This document shows, in pieces, positions 13,985 through 26,046 of a stretch of DNA of 64,000 nt. The translations under genes were made by a program, and so were the position numbers. The stretch lies in assembly GCF_009914755.1 (NCBI RefSeq), contig NC_060926.1, one strand, 5' to 3'. Position 1 is the stretch's first letter; the number at the start of each line of letters is the position of its first letter. A model generated the notes under the pieces. The model was not told the DNA's origin. It made no database searches and worked only from the letters and a program-made list of their open reading frames with translations. Source of the DNA: the human T2T-CHM13v2.0 reference genome, Homo sapiens.

Positions 13985-15629
13985 AGGGAAATTTTTGAAA
14001 ATCTTAAAAATTATGAACTTTTGGCAATGAATGGGCACAAAAGTCAGCAAGAATGGACATCTATAACTTCTGCCAATTCAAGAGAAGCAGTTCTGGTTGC
14101 CAAGTTGAGAAAAGAAATGAGAAAATCATCTGCCAAATAATACATTATAATATTGGCAGACATAGAAGGAGGAGTGTGTCAAAGATATTAAAAAGCTGTT
14201 TAGTGTTAGAATGACTCGATTCAGCTGGGGAAAAATGAAAATAACAATTGATACTTATTAGATATTTTTTAATATTTAGATACAAGTGGGTGTTTCAAGA
14301 GTAGCCAGGTCTTCAGCCAGGTTTTCTCTGAGTGATTCATATGAAGTTAAAGTTGCTAAACTGAATGCTGATCAAATTCATGATCTCCCTGGACAAACCA
14401 TTTCTCCCAGTACTGAATTGGTTTAGAAAACGTCAGAGGTTCAACAGATTGGCCATAGGCCTCTCTTGATCTGGATGACCTTGGAGATTCCGGGTTGATT
14501 TTGATTCCCATAAAAATCTGGGTCATTTTGAGGTAGATCCTGGGCAGTTCAATCATTTCTTTCATGTGGATATTGTAATCATGTGCGTTCATTCAGTCAG
14601 CTCCAACAGTGTCTTAAGAAGGTCAAGGCTACTTATCTAGATATTATATGTCCATTCTCCCTGGATAGCGGATCTATTTTATGATAAAAGTTTGCTATTT
14701 TCATCCCAATCAAATGATCCAAAACCATGAATTTTGAAAGGAATCTTGGGGTGGGGGGATAGTGCCAAACATGCACAAATCCTCTGCCATCACCAGAAGA
14801 TGTAACTCAACCTGTGTGGTCTTTGGGGGACAGCACATCTGAGTCTTAGAGAAGCAAAGAGTAGCTATAATTGGTGTTGACAGAAATGCTGTGCAAACAG
14901 ACCTCAATTAATTAAAAATTAATTCTGTAGCCCTTACAGCTAAATATAATAAAAATGGGGTCCAGGGAGTATTGCTTTGCATCTGAGTTCCCCTACCCTC
15001 TAATTCCCAAGACTCTCAGGAGTCTCAGGGAGGAAACAGTGTTTACCATGGAGCAGAAATCCTTTCTCTTCCCGTTACCTCTCCCAATAGTGCTGCAGTG
15101 CTGGCAGCCATCCCGAGAAGGCTCTGAAGAGTGGGCTGGTTAACAGGAGCATTTTCACTGCAGGCAGACTCGGTTGCCTTGGTGAAGTCCCCGTGCATCT
15201 GAAGAGTGGCTCATCTGTTCCTGCCTGGGGATCACTTGTGCTCATCCAGGCATGGCCCCCACCAGAAATCTGGGAGAATGGCGAGCTGGTGCCAGCTGAA
15301 CTGTGAACCTCTAAGAATAAGTGAATAAAACGATTTTATGCACTACAATTCCAGGAGGACTAATTCTTGGAGTAAAAGTACTTGGAGAAGAGTTCTGGGT
15401 ATTAGGGGCTGGGACAGGAAAGGCAGTGGAGAAGGAGGAGGGAAAAGGGGAGAGTAGGGCCAAGCAGTGAGGTGACTTGGGATAAGTGGGGTGAGAGATT
15501 CTTAGCAGTTGCCTTGGGTGGGAAACTTTGGAGACAGTCATCTGAAAAGAGTTTTCATGATGTAGCCTTTATATATGCTGTGAAAAATCTTGCCCTGCTC
15601 CTCCAAGAAAATCACACTGAAGACCTACA

Positions 15630-15900
15630 TTCTGCTCTGTTGGGTGGTGGGAGTAGTAGCCATATGTGGCTATTGAGCTCTGGCATGTGGCTGGCCCCAG
15701 TTGAGATGCACAGCTAGTGTAATATACACACTGGATTTCAAAGACTTAGGATGAAAAAAAGAATGTAAAATATCTGTCTCACTGGCAATTTTTTTTACAT
15801 TGAATTTGTTGACAATTTTTTTACATTGAATATGTTAAAATTTTTATATATTGGATTAAAGTATATTAAAGTTAATTTTACCTGCTTCTTTTTACTTTTT
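15630..15900. mobile_element. MER33-like hAT-Charlie element
   Basis: tagccatatgtggctattgagc...tacacactggatttcaaagacttag...gaatgtaaaatatct. Confidence 0.7.
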
Positions 15901-15921
15901 CTTTTTTTTCAAAAAAAGTAA

Positions 15922-16231
15922 GGCCAGGTGCAGCAGCTCACTCCTGTAGTCCCAGCACTCTGAGGGGCCAAGGTGAGAGGATCACTTGAGCCCAGGAGTT
16001 TGAGACTAGCCTGGGCAACATGGTGAAACCCTGTCTTTACAAAAAATACAACAATTAGCTGGGCGTGGTGGCACGTGCCTATAGGCCTAGCTACTTTTGA
16101 AGCTGAGGTGGGAGGATTGCTTGAGCCCAGGAAGACAAGTCTGCAATGAGCTGAGATCACACCACTGCACTCCAGCCTAGGTGACAGAGTAAGCCCTGTC
16201 TCAAAACAAAAACAAAAACAAAAACAAAAAC
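15922..16231 (+). mobile_element. AluJ with (AAAAAC)n tail
   Basis: J-type gaggatcacttgagcccaggag and gggaggattgcttgagccc. Confidence 0.93.
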
Positions 16232-17605
16232 AGGTTACTAGAAAACAAATTACATATTTTTCTGGTATTAATTTTTTTATTGGATAGAATTGATCAACAT
16301 CATTCTTCGCTTCTGGAGTTAGATTTGTGTTTGTTTTGGATTGGTGTTGATGATGACACAGAGTTATACAAGCAAACACCCACACCCATGTCTATCAATG
16401 GCCAAAAAGGAAGGATCGGGGGAGACGATAAATCTCAGGGCCCAGAAGGAGCCTTTGTCTGCAGCCTTTGGTAAACATGTGTGTGTGCAGAAACCTGCAG
16501 ACATTCAGAAAGAGTTGAAATCCAGGAGAAATGGTGCCTGCCCTTAAATACATCAAAAGGAGACAAGTTCCCCGGTAAGAATAGAATTTGTGTTAACAGA
16601 GAAATTTCATGAGACAAAGATTGGATATAAAAGGAATGCCCGAGTGAGAAGTGGAGAGAGGATGTGGCCTTCTCCTTGAATGTAAACATCACAGGTCTTC
16701 TCTCAGCAAGAATGCCTGGGAGGGAGGAGAAAGGGGGAAGAGGAGAGTGGGGAGGGGAATGGAGGAGAGGGAAGGAACCAGACAGAACTGAATGGAGAAA
16801 GCAGAACAAGACGCATGGTTCGTGTGGTTTCTAACAGATCTTGTGAAGCAACGATCACTCCATGGCACAGAAATCCTCTGTGACACCAGTGCAAGCAAAG
16901 CAGAACACAGCTTTCGTGAATGCTCAGTAGCCGCAGTGTTGAGTTTATTTATTTGAAAATTGCTTTGGATGGCCCTAATCCTTTGTCAAAACAGGATGAG
17001 AAGAAAGGAGTATTTGCATAACTGATGAGGTAAAATGGCTCCAGGGCTTCTCAAGGTGTGTCATGTTTCCTGTGGATGTGCCCTTTAGTGCTCAGCTGTG
17101 GCCCTGGAGGGGTCCCCACCTTCATGCCTGGTGTGGTATGATGATACGGCATTACATATAACTCCACTATCCAGAGCGCAATTGGGCCCTTCAATTAACC
17201 ACATAGTATGTTTTATTTCACAATAAGGCAAGAAACGATGCTCATTCCGAAGAGTTAGTAGAAACACATAAAACCTGTCAACAGAGTTCAGCCCATGCCT
17301 GGGATCCGAACAAATTCAGTTCAATTTCTTATCCTATAACTCCTGTATCTTTAGGACAGGAAAGTGAAAATGAATGTTCTAAATAATGACCTGAGGCATT
17401 GCAAGGGTCTGAAGTGCCTCACAAATCATCAAAGAAAGATTAAATTATGTCCCTTACTCACCAAAGCCAAAAAGTGAACTAATAATCTATTTTAGAAACC
17501 ATTGCTCCGGGAGCTGAAACTGAAAACATGGTAGTGTTTAACCCCGGCTTAACTAGAACATCTAAGTAACCAAAGGCCCCACAATTAAAGCTTTACAGTT
17601 AATTC

Positions 17606-17939
17606 TGTTGCAGAATTTCTGCCCCGTAGTTCTGCTAAATCCGGGTTCTTGTGTCACGACCAGGAAAAGTTAGGCTCGTAGACACATTGAAAGGTGAGGG
17701 GAATGGAATTTATTAGGCAAAAAGGGAAAAAGAAAACAACTCTCAGCAAAGTGAGAGGGGTTCCTGCTAACAGGCTCCCACCTCACAGATTGAATACCAA
17801 CCCACCACACAGAAACTGAAGAGGAACTCCCCCGTGCAAACTACAGTAACTTCCATGGTTCCACCCTGTTCTCCCTGTGCACAGGCCTGTCGGAGATTCT
17901 CCAGGAACCCACTCCCTTATCTGCCTCCTGCATCTATGA
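17606..17939 (-). mobile_element. ERV1 solo LTR, MER61-like
   Basis: ~334 bp; 4-bp TSD attc at 17602-17605 and 17940-17943; sequence resembles MER61. Confidence 0.7.
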
Positions 17940-18009
17940 ATTCTTTTGCATATTGATAATAGGTATGAAAAAGCCTTATATGTTAGGTATTCTTCGAGGC
18001 AAAGTTGTT

Positions 18010-18176
18010 AACACCACCAGCCTGGCAGACCAGCTGCACTGGCATCACCTGGGACTAGTTGGAAGTGCAAATTCTCAGCGGACCCTCTCCAGTTCCCCCA
18101 AATGTACTAAATGGAACAGCATTGTGGCAACATCTCCAAGGGATTCATTTGCACACTGAAGTTTGAGAAGCATTGG
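18010..18176. mobile_element. MER5-like hAT-Charlie element
   Basis: gcatcacctggga...gcaaattctcag...cactgaagtttgagaagcattg. Confidence 0.65.
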
Positions 18177-18259
18177 TGTAGAGGTGGGGAATTAATCAGT
18201 CTCTTGGAAAGGAAGGAACCCCCTTTCCTTGAACAGGACCTTTTTTGGGGATACACTTT

Positions 18260-18460
18260 CTTCAATGCTTACTTTGTGTTCTAGGGACTGTGCAAAGAAA
18301 TTTACATGACTTACCTCATTTTAATCCTTATAATAGTCCTATGGAGTAAGTATCAAAATTAATTCCATTTTACAGATAAGAAATTGAGATACAAACCCAT
18401 TAAGCAATTTGCCCAAACTCATACATATTAAGCACTTGAACCAGGAGTCAAATCTAAACT
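18260..18460 (-). mobile_element. MIR
   Basis: ccattttacagataagaaattgaga...aagcaatttgcccaa. Confidence 0.7.
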
Positions 18461-18504
18461 GCTACTCTGGGCAGGAATTATTTGGTCTTTCTTCCTCAGG
18501 TTTT

Positions 18505-20251
18505 TTTTTTTTTTCTTTTATTTATTTATTTTTTTATTGATCATTCTTGGGTGTTTCTCACAGAGGGGGATTTGGCAGGGTCATAGGACAATAGTGGAGG
18601 GAAGGTCAGCAGATAAACAAGTGAACAAAGGTCTCTGGTTTTCCTAGGCAGAGGACCCTGCGGCCTTCCACAGCGTTTGTGTCCCTGGGTACTTGAGATT
18701 AGGGAGTGGTGATGACTCTTAACGAGCATGCTGCCTTCAAGCATCTGTTTAACAAAGCACATCTTGCACCGCCCTTAATCCATTTAACTCTGAGTGGACC
18801 CAGCACATGTTTCAGAGAGCACAGGGTTGGGGGTAAGGTCACAGATCAACAGGATCCCAAGGCAGAAGAATTTTTCTTAGTACAGAACAAAATGAAAAGT
18901 CTCCCATGTCTACTTCTTTCTACACAGACACGGCAACCATCCGATTTCTCAATCTTTTCCCCACCTTTCCCCCCTTTCTATTACACAAAGCCGCCATTGT
19001 CATCCTGGTCCGTTCTCAATGAGCTGTTGGGCACACCTCCCAGACGGGGTGGTGGCCAGGCAGAGGGGCTCCTCACTTCCCAGTAGGGGCGGCCGGGCAG
19101 AGGCGCCCCTCACCTCCCGGACGGGGCGGCTGGCCGGGCGGGGGGCTGACCCCCCCACCTCCCTCCCGGACGGGGCGGCTGGCCGGGCGGGGGACTGACC
19201 CCCCCACCTCCCTCCCGGACGGGGCGGTTGGCCGGGCAGAGGGGCTCCTCACTTCCCAGTAGGGGCGGCCGGGCAGAGGCGCCCCTCACCTCCTGGACGG
19301 GGCGGCTGGCCGGGCGGGGGGCTGACCCCCCCACCTCCCTCCCGGACGGGGCGGCTGCCGGGCGGAGACGCTCCTCACTTCCCAGATGGGGTGGCTGCCG
19401 GGCGGAGAGGCTCCTCACTTCTCAGACGGGGCAGCTGCCGGCGGAGAGGCTCCTCACTTCTCAGACGGGGCAGCCGGGCAGAGACACTCCTCACCTCCCA
19501 GACGGGGTGGCGGCCGGGCAGAGGCGCTCCTCACATCCCAGACGGGGCGGTGGGGCAGAGGCACTCCCCACATCCCAGACAATGGGCGGCCGGGCAGAGA
19601 TGCTCCTCACTTCCTAGATGGGATGGCGGCCGGGAAGAGGCGCTCCTCACTTCCCAGATGGGATGGCGGCCGGGCAGAGACGCTCCTCACTTTCCAGACT
19701 GGGCAGCCAGGCAGAGGGGCACCTCACATCCCAGACGATGGGCGGCCAGGCAGAGACGCTCCTCACTTCCCAGACGGGGTGGCGGCCGGGCAGAGGCTGC
19801 AATCTCGGCACTTTGGGAGGCCAAGGCAGGCGGCTGGGAGGTGGAGGTTGTAGCGAGCCCAGATCACGCCACTGCACTCCAGCCTGGGTGCCATTGAGCA
19901 CTGAGTGAACCAGACTCCGTCTGCAATCCCGGCACCTCGGGAGGCCGAGGCTGGCAGATCACTCGCGTTTAGGAGCTGGAGATCAGCCCGGCCAACACAG
20001 CGAAACCCCGTCTCCACCAAAAAAATACGAAAACCAGTCAGGCGTGGCGGTGCGCGCCTGCAATTGCAGGCACTCTGCAGGCTGAGGCAGGAGAATCAGG
20101 CAGGGAGGTTGCAGTGAGCCGAGATGGCAGCAGTATAGTCCAGCTTCGGCTCGGCATGAGAGGGAGACCGTGGAAAGAGAGGGAGAGGGAGACCATGGGG
20201 AGAGGGAGACCATGGGGAGAGGGAGAGGGGGAGGGGGAGGGAGAGGGAGAG
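18505..20251 (-). mobile_element. Full-length SVA retrotransposon (young D/E/F group)
   Basis: On the minus strand: CCCTCT hexamers (~20160-20251), Alu-like region (~19790-20160), GC-rich VNTR (~19040-19790), SINE-R (~18540-19040) and poly(A). TSD TTCCTCAGGTTTT at 18492-18504 and 20252-20264. Confidence 0.97.
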
Positions 20252-20561
20252 TTCCTCAGGTTTTAAGCCATCTACAAGGTGGGCAGATACAGAGTTCTGT
20301 GGGTCTTACCCCCATGAGTTTTCTCTATCTTCTCCAGAAAGCCTGGAATTCTCTGCTTGAAATTCCTGCAGAATTTAGATGGTGAAATGACTTCCCAAAG
20401 TCACTCAGTTAATGGCAGAGTCCTGAGTGGAGTGTAGACTTTCTGACATTTTGTGTCATATGTTGCAATCAGAAAATACTGAAAAGTAGAACTGAGACCA
20501 TAAAATTGATTTGAAATTCCATCTTTCAGAAATACTATCTGTAAGCTTAGAGGTTTACTAT

Positions 20562-20830
20562 TTTTCTACAGCTTAATTGAGGTATAATTGGACAAATAAA
20601 AATTGTATATATTTAGGGTACACAACATGATGTTTTGATATATGTATACACTGTGAAATCATTACCACTATCAAACTAATGAACACATGTATCACCTCAT
20701 ACCTTTTACCTTTTTCTTGTGTGTGGTGAGAACACTTAAGATCAACTCTTTTAGTAAATTTCAAGTATACAATGCCGTTTTATTAACTATGGTTACCATG
20801 CTGTACACTAGATCTTTGGAACTTATTCAT
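20562..20830 (-). mobile_element. L1MA/L1MB 3' end fragment
   Basis: gcttaattgaggtataattg...gtggtgagaacacttaagatc. Confidence 0.8.
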
Positions 20831-21572
20831 GGAGGTTTACTCATATATGACTCAAGATAGCTCAACTAAAGGGGACTTGTTTAAAAGTGGTGAGAGGAGG
20901 GAGACGGTAACACCTCTTCTTCTACCCATCAGAGTCTCAGGTAGCACCATTCTCTGTTTCTTTGTTCTCTTCCTCTCCTCTCTACAGACAAGGCTCTCTC
21001 CGCTTACTCCTCTGCTTGCTTGTGGATGAAAAGGGCCACGCCACCCCTGATTTGACAGTATCCTTTAAGTTCACATCTCAACAAGCATGTGAGCCTGGTG
21101 TTTGTGTCTCTTATTTCCAATTCTCCAGAAAGAGAATGCCAGAATATTAATTGGTTCCTCATATCAATCAGCCAAAGTCAACTTGTTATTAAAACAGAGC
21201 CAAGAAACTGCCTCTTTTGGTAGAGATTGTGGGTGGAAAGTAATTCCAAATAATGGATCATGGGTTAGGCAGGCATGGCCAAATATTTTATATTTAAACC
21301 ATAATGTTTAAATATAAAAGATAGATCACATATTTTATAACTATCTTTAGCTTAATATTTTGCCAACATACTTTTTTGTCAAGATAATTATATCTCATCA
21401 TTTTTTGTGACAGTGTAGTATCCATCGTATGTACTTGCCTCAGTTTGCTCAACCAATTGCTATTGATGGATATTCTTTCGTCCAGGTATTTGCCAGTACA
21501 ATCAATGTTGTTACGAACAACCATCATAAATATTTGTGCCTAGCCTTAATTATTTTTTAGGGCAAATTATTA

Positions 21573-21920
21573 TTTTTGGAACTTTTATTTTAGGTTTGGG
21601 GGTACAGGTGCAGGTTTGTTATATAGTAAACTTGTGTCACAGGAGTTTCTTGTACAGATTATTTCATCATCCAGCTATTAAGCCTAGTACCCAATAGTTA
21701 TTTTTTCTGCTCTTCTCCCTCCTCACACCCTTCACCCTCAAGTAGACCCCAGTGTCTGTTTTCCCTTCTTTGTGTTCGTGAGTTCTCATCATTTAGCTCT
21801 CATAAAAAAGAACAGGATCGTGTCTTTTGCAGGAACATGGATGAAGTTGGAGTCTATTACCCTTAGCAAACTAGTGCAGAAACAGAAAACCAAGTATCGC
21901 ATGTTCTCACTTATAAGTAT
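21573..21920 (-). mobile_element. Short L1PA (older primate subfamily) with 5' inversion
   Basis: Antisense 3' end at 21573-~21798, then the adjacent L1 segment in sense orientation at ~21799-21918. TSD ggcaaattatta / ggtaaattatta. Confidence 0.85.
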
Positions 21921-24900
21921 GGTAAATTATTAAAAGCAAAATTGTTAGGTTAAGAAGTATGAACAGTTTTAAGACTTTAGAAATATGTACCCCAATTTTC
22001 TTCTGGAAAAACTGCACCCGTTCATATTCCCACGAGCCATGTGGTAAAGTGCCTGCCTTTCCACACCCTCACCAGCACTGGGGATTATTCTCTTATCGTT
22101 GCCAGTTTGATAGCCAAAAACTGAGCTCATTTTTCTTTTAATTTGTGTTCTTACTGAGGTGGAACAATTTTTCATATGTGCATTGGCCTTTTGTATTTCT
22201 TATTTTGTGACACACTTATTTTTAAAACTCAACTGTACTTTATACAAGGGAAACAAATGATTTCAATAGCTGTGATTAGTTGTCTGCTTGATTCTTGCCC
22301 TAACTGCACCTTGTGTCTTCTTTTATTTGATTATCTTCACCTAAAAATAAACCAGCATCACGTTGTTTTCCTTAGGATAACATTACTGACTCACAAGGTA
22401 ATATGTAAAACTAAGCCTTTAGTTTATTACATGCTATTGTCCTATCAACCCTTTAGGAAATGCTCTGGGAGAGATGAATTGATCTTCCAAGCCACGTGAT
22501 AAAACGTCTGAGATGGAAATACCCAGGAGGGTTGAAATGGTGGGATTGAGGTGAAGGAAGAATGTGAGAGATACTGAATTCATCTACTTTCAAGGCAGTT
22601 GAATCCTGATCTCTAAGGAAGGGGAGAGAAATCTTTATGAAAAGTTGACTTTTTCTTTTTAATCCCTGCTTTACAGCCGATACGTCTCCTACTAAAGTTG
22701 ATGGATGGGTAATATTGAGTCTCCTCACAATTACTTCCCAAGACCTTGAAATGATTCAGGATAGAAGACTCCTAAGATATCAGGCTGAGGAGAGGAGGCT
22801 CATTGAGAATCACAGGCCAAGACATTTTGAGGAATGCAGGATGGAGGGCTTGGCTGCATTAGTCAGAAATGTCCTTATCTGCAGCCGTCAGTGGCCTCTG
22901 TGGTTTGATTCAACAGGGTTTCCCAAGCTTCCCTCATCGTAAAAGTTGCCAGATGCACGGACTAAAAGTAGACATTCTCAGGCCCCATCCCACACTCACT
23001 GATTCAGACTCTCTAGGCAAGAGTCTGATGAATCTATCATCAGGAAGTGTGGAAAATGCAATTTAGAGTCTGAGGCAAGGCCTCTAGTAAGATATAGCTT
23101 TTAGGATGGCTGTTCAGTCTGTGAGAGACCCACCAACCAAACTCTCTCCCCATAGGTAGGGCCTTAACATTCATATTGAATCTATATCATCCCCACATCC
23201 CTGGCCTTGAAGGGATTCAGGCTGTATCAGTCAGTTTCTTTCTCTGCAAATTGGAAATGGTATTTAGAGACAGCCAGTCTGTCTCTTAAACTTTGACATG
23301 GAATCTCAAAAGTGTGGACACCCTTACTCTGCCATGTAGTTGAAGAAGCAGTCAATGGTGTACAGGGAGAGGAGACAGAAGAATGAAATTCAGATTCCTC
23401 TTTTGCTTGAAGTAGCTTGGTATGCTTTTTAACAACTTGAACCCCTAAACCAAGACACTCTAATACTTTCAAAAATCACCTATACATTATGAAAATCTTT
23501 AAATTGAAGATCAGTTGAGGTTAACAGGTCTTATATTTTAAAATGCAAATTCTTCTGTAAAGATTAAGGCTGTCAAACATTTATAATGTAGTGTAAACTA
23601 CATTAACCAAGTTACTGCAAACTGAGGGAATGGAGTGTTTGCTATTTGTAGGGAAAGGGTGGGGAACAGGTAATGAAGATGATTGGAGAGGGGCAGCCTA
23701 GGTTAAGAGTCACAGTAGGAGTGTTAGAGACCAACACAGTAGGGCAGCATGAAGGCTGGATGTGGTCATTACACATTTTCTCTTTGTAACAGGAAATGTA
23801 TAGGCCTTTCCAAGGCAGGCTGGTCTGTCCACCATCTGTGATGTAGCATGGGCATCAGATGATAATTAGGACCTGTCAGATCAAGTTTTTATTGGTATAA
23901 ACAATACCTGGTTAGGGTTCCTGAATAAAAGCTTGAAAAACATGAATGGGTTATCTGAAGATAACTCAGTGTGCCCAGTAGAGTTGATTCAGTGTTCACT
24001 CAACTAGTCAATTCACTGCACAACGAATTGTGTTTAGCCTTTCCTCATTACACAAGGGTGAGACACATTCTTCTGTGGCTGAGAGTTGGCAGTGTTTCCC
24101 TAACTCCTAGGGTTGAGTGCGTGTCTACTCTGCGCGTCCTGGTCTATTGTCTCCTTTTGTTCATGTTTCAAGGGCTTGCAGACTCCATTGGAAGTTATCT
24201 CAGCACTCCATTTTAATCACAATTTCTAGACTTTCTAACAGAGTTAGTAAGCTTTTAAAAGCTGGTTCCTGAAATTTCTTTGGCTTTCTGAACACTTAGT
24301 AAAAAATATCACATTCCAGTCCTTTTTGATTCCACTGCCTCTTGTTTTTCCCACTATTTACCTATTTATTATTTCACATGTAAAGTATATGGGACGGGTG
24401 ACTATTATCCCCCAGGAAGGCTTGCTGTTGAAGAGGGAAATCCTTGGTCTCTCTAAGATTGTTCATGTTGCAGTTCTTTAAAGGAAGCCCCAACCACTGA
24501 GAAGGAGCTGAAGCCACTGCACGTGGAAGATGCTGGCAAACCTTTTAGGATCTGATGCACTCCTACCTTTAACCCTTTATTGCCACACTAATGATTCATT
24601 TTGTTGTTTTATGGGATTCCATTGCTTTGCCAGGGAGGTAGCTTCAAATTTCACTCAAAGGTCCCCAGAAAGTAAAAAATGTAGGATTAGTGTAGACTGT
24701 TTGATGTAACTAAAATTTTTATCTTGGTGATACATTTAGAAAAGTAGTGTCTGTGGGTGAGTCCTGAAAGTCCAATCCTGAATCCCTGGCTGAGTTCACA
24801 GAGGAAAATGCATTGCAAGGAGGACATATCTGATCTCTTGAATCCAATGGACTCCAAGACTGCATTTGGCCTGAAAGTGACTGGCTGTGGCCTACTAATG

Positions 24901-25753
24901 CTGGTTATTCAATGGTGGGCTGGGAAGGCATATGAAGATGATGCTTAGAAAATCCACGCTTTCTTGACATGGGGAACAACATAATATACCTATTTGCATA
25001 TAGAACAAACTCCTTTTTATTATCTTTTAAATAGGTACTTAGGGACTTTGCAAATATAACTCCAACCCTTACTAGGTCTGTGCTTTATTTCTTTTATTTA
25101 TGGCTGGGCAAACAGAAGAGTAAAGAGATGCAATGACTTGCCCGAGATCGGCAAGTAAGTGAAACAGGTAGAGCTAATAACCTGATTATCTCTTACTGCT
25201 CCTCTTGCCCAGCCAGCCTACTTCACACACTGACTTCTGAGACATCTGCCATCCACAGCTCTTCGGGAAAAGGAAATTTCAAGTGCAAATGACAGAAAAG
25301 GAAATTGTTTCAATCCAGTATTCTCTTAACATTTGATCCAAACCTGTGCTGTTGGACTGGCAGCACCCACATGACTTAATACAATCATGATTAAACTAAC
25401 ACTGAAGAAAAAGTATATGTACAGTATACTAACACTAATGCATATTTGGAGAGAAAACTGCAGATTCCAGATAAATCTACATTGATTTCCATCACAGGAG
25501 CTACAATGACTGCTATTTGTTTCCGTCTGTCCATTCTGGAATTAAATTGAGTTCAAGCAGCTTGGAACAGCTTGATGGCTTCTTTCTGCCACAGAAGGTG
25601 CCGGGTGTCCTGCATCTAGACTCTGACAGCCTATTGGTGAGGATAACAATACGCAACTGGTAACCCTGAGAGCTTTCAGCTCTTTTCAGGCCCTCCTACA
25701 GACTAATATATATGTTAGGGCTGGCAGTGCTGTTAGAAATGAAACAGAGCGAA

Positions 25754-26046
25754 GGCCGGGCGTGGTGGCTCACGCCTGTAATCCCAGCACTTTGGGAGTC
25801 CGAGGCAGGTGGATTATGAGGTCAGGAGATTGAGACCATCTTGGCTAACATGGTGAAACCCCATCTCTACTAAAAATACAAAAAATTAGCCGGGTGTGGT
25901 GGCAGGCGCCTGTAGTCCCAGCTATTCAGGAGAATGGCGTGAACCCAGGAGGTGGAGCTTGCAGTGAACCGAGATTGCGCCACTGCACTCCAGCCTGGGC
26001 AATAGAGGGAGACTCCGTCTCAAAAAATAAAAAATAAAAAAAAAAA
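25754..26046 (+). mobile_element. AluY with a ~13-bp internal deletion
   Basis: Y diagnostics ggctaaca, aatggcgtgaacc, gagcttgcagtg; TSD agaaatgaaaca at 25735-25746 and 26047-26058. Confidence 0.93.

Noticed and set aside
15909-16385. Alu-derived ORFs (LSPRLECSG... type) here and at other Alus
   Set aside because: Standard translations of Alu sequence, not genes
19040-19790. Tandem 35-50 bp GC-rich repeats resembling a CRISPR-like array, with overlapping ORFs
   Set aside because: This is the SVA VNTR: no unique spacers, flanked by SINE-R and Alu-like domains
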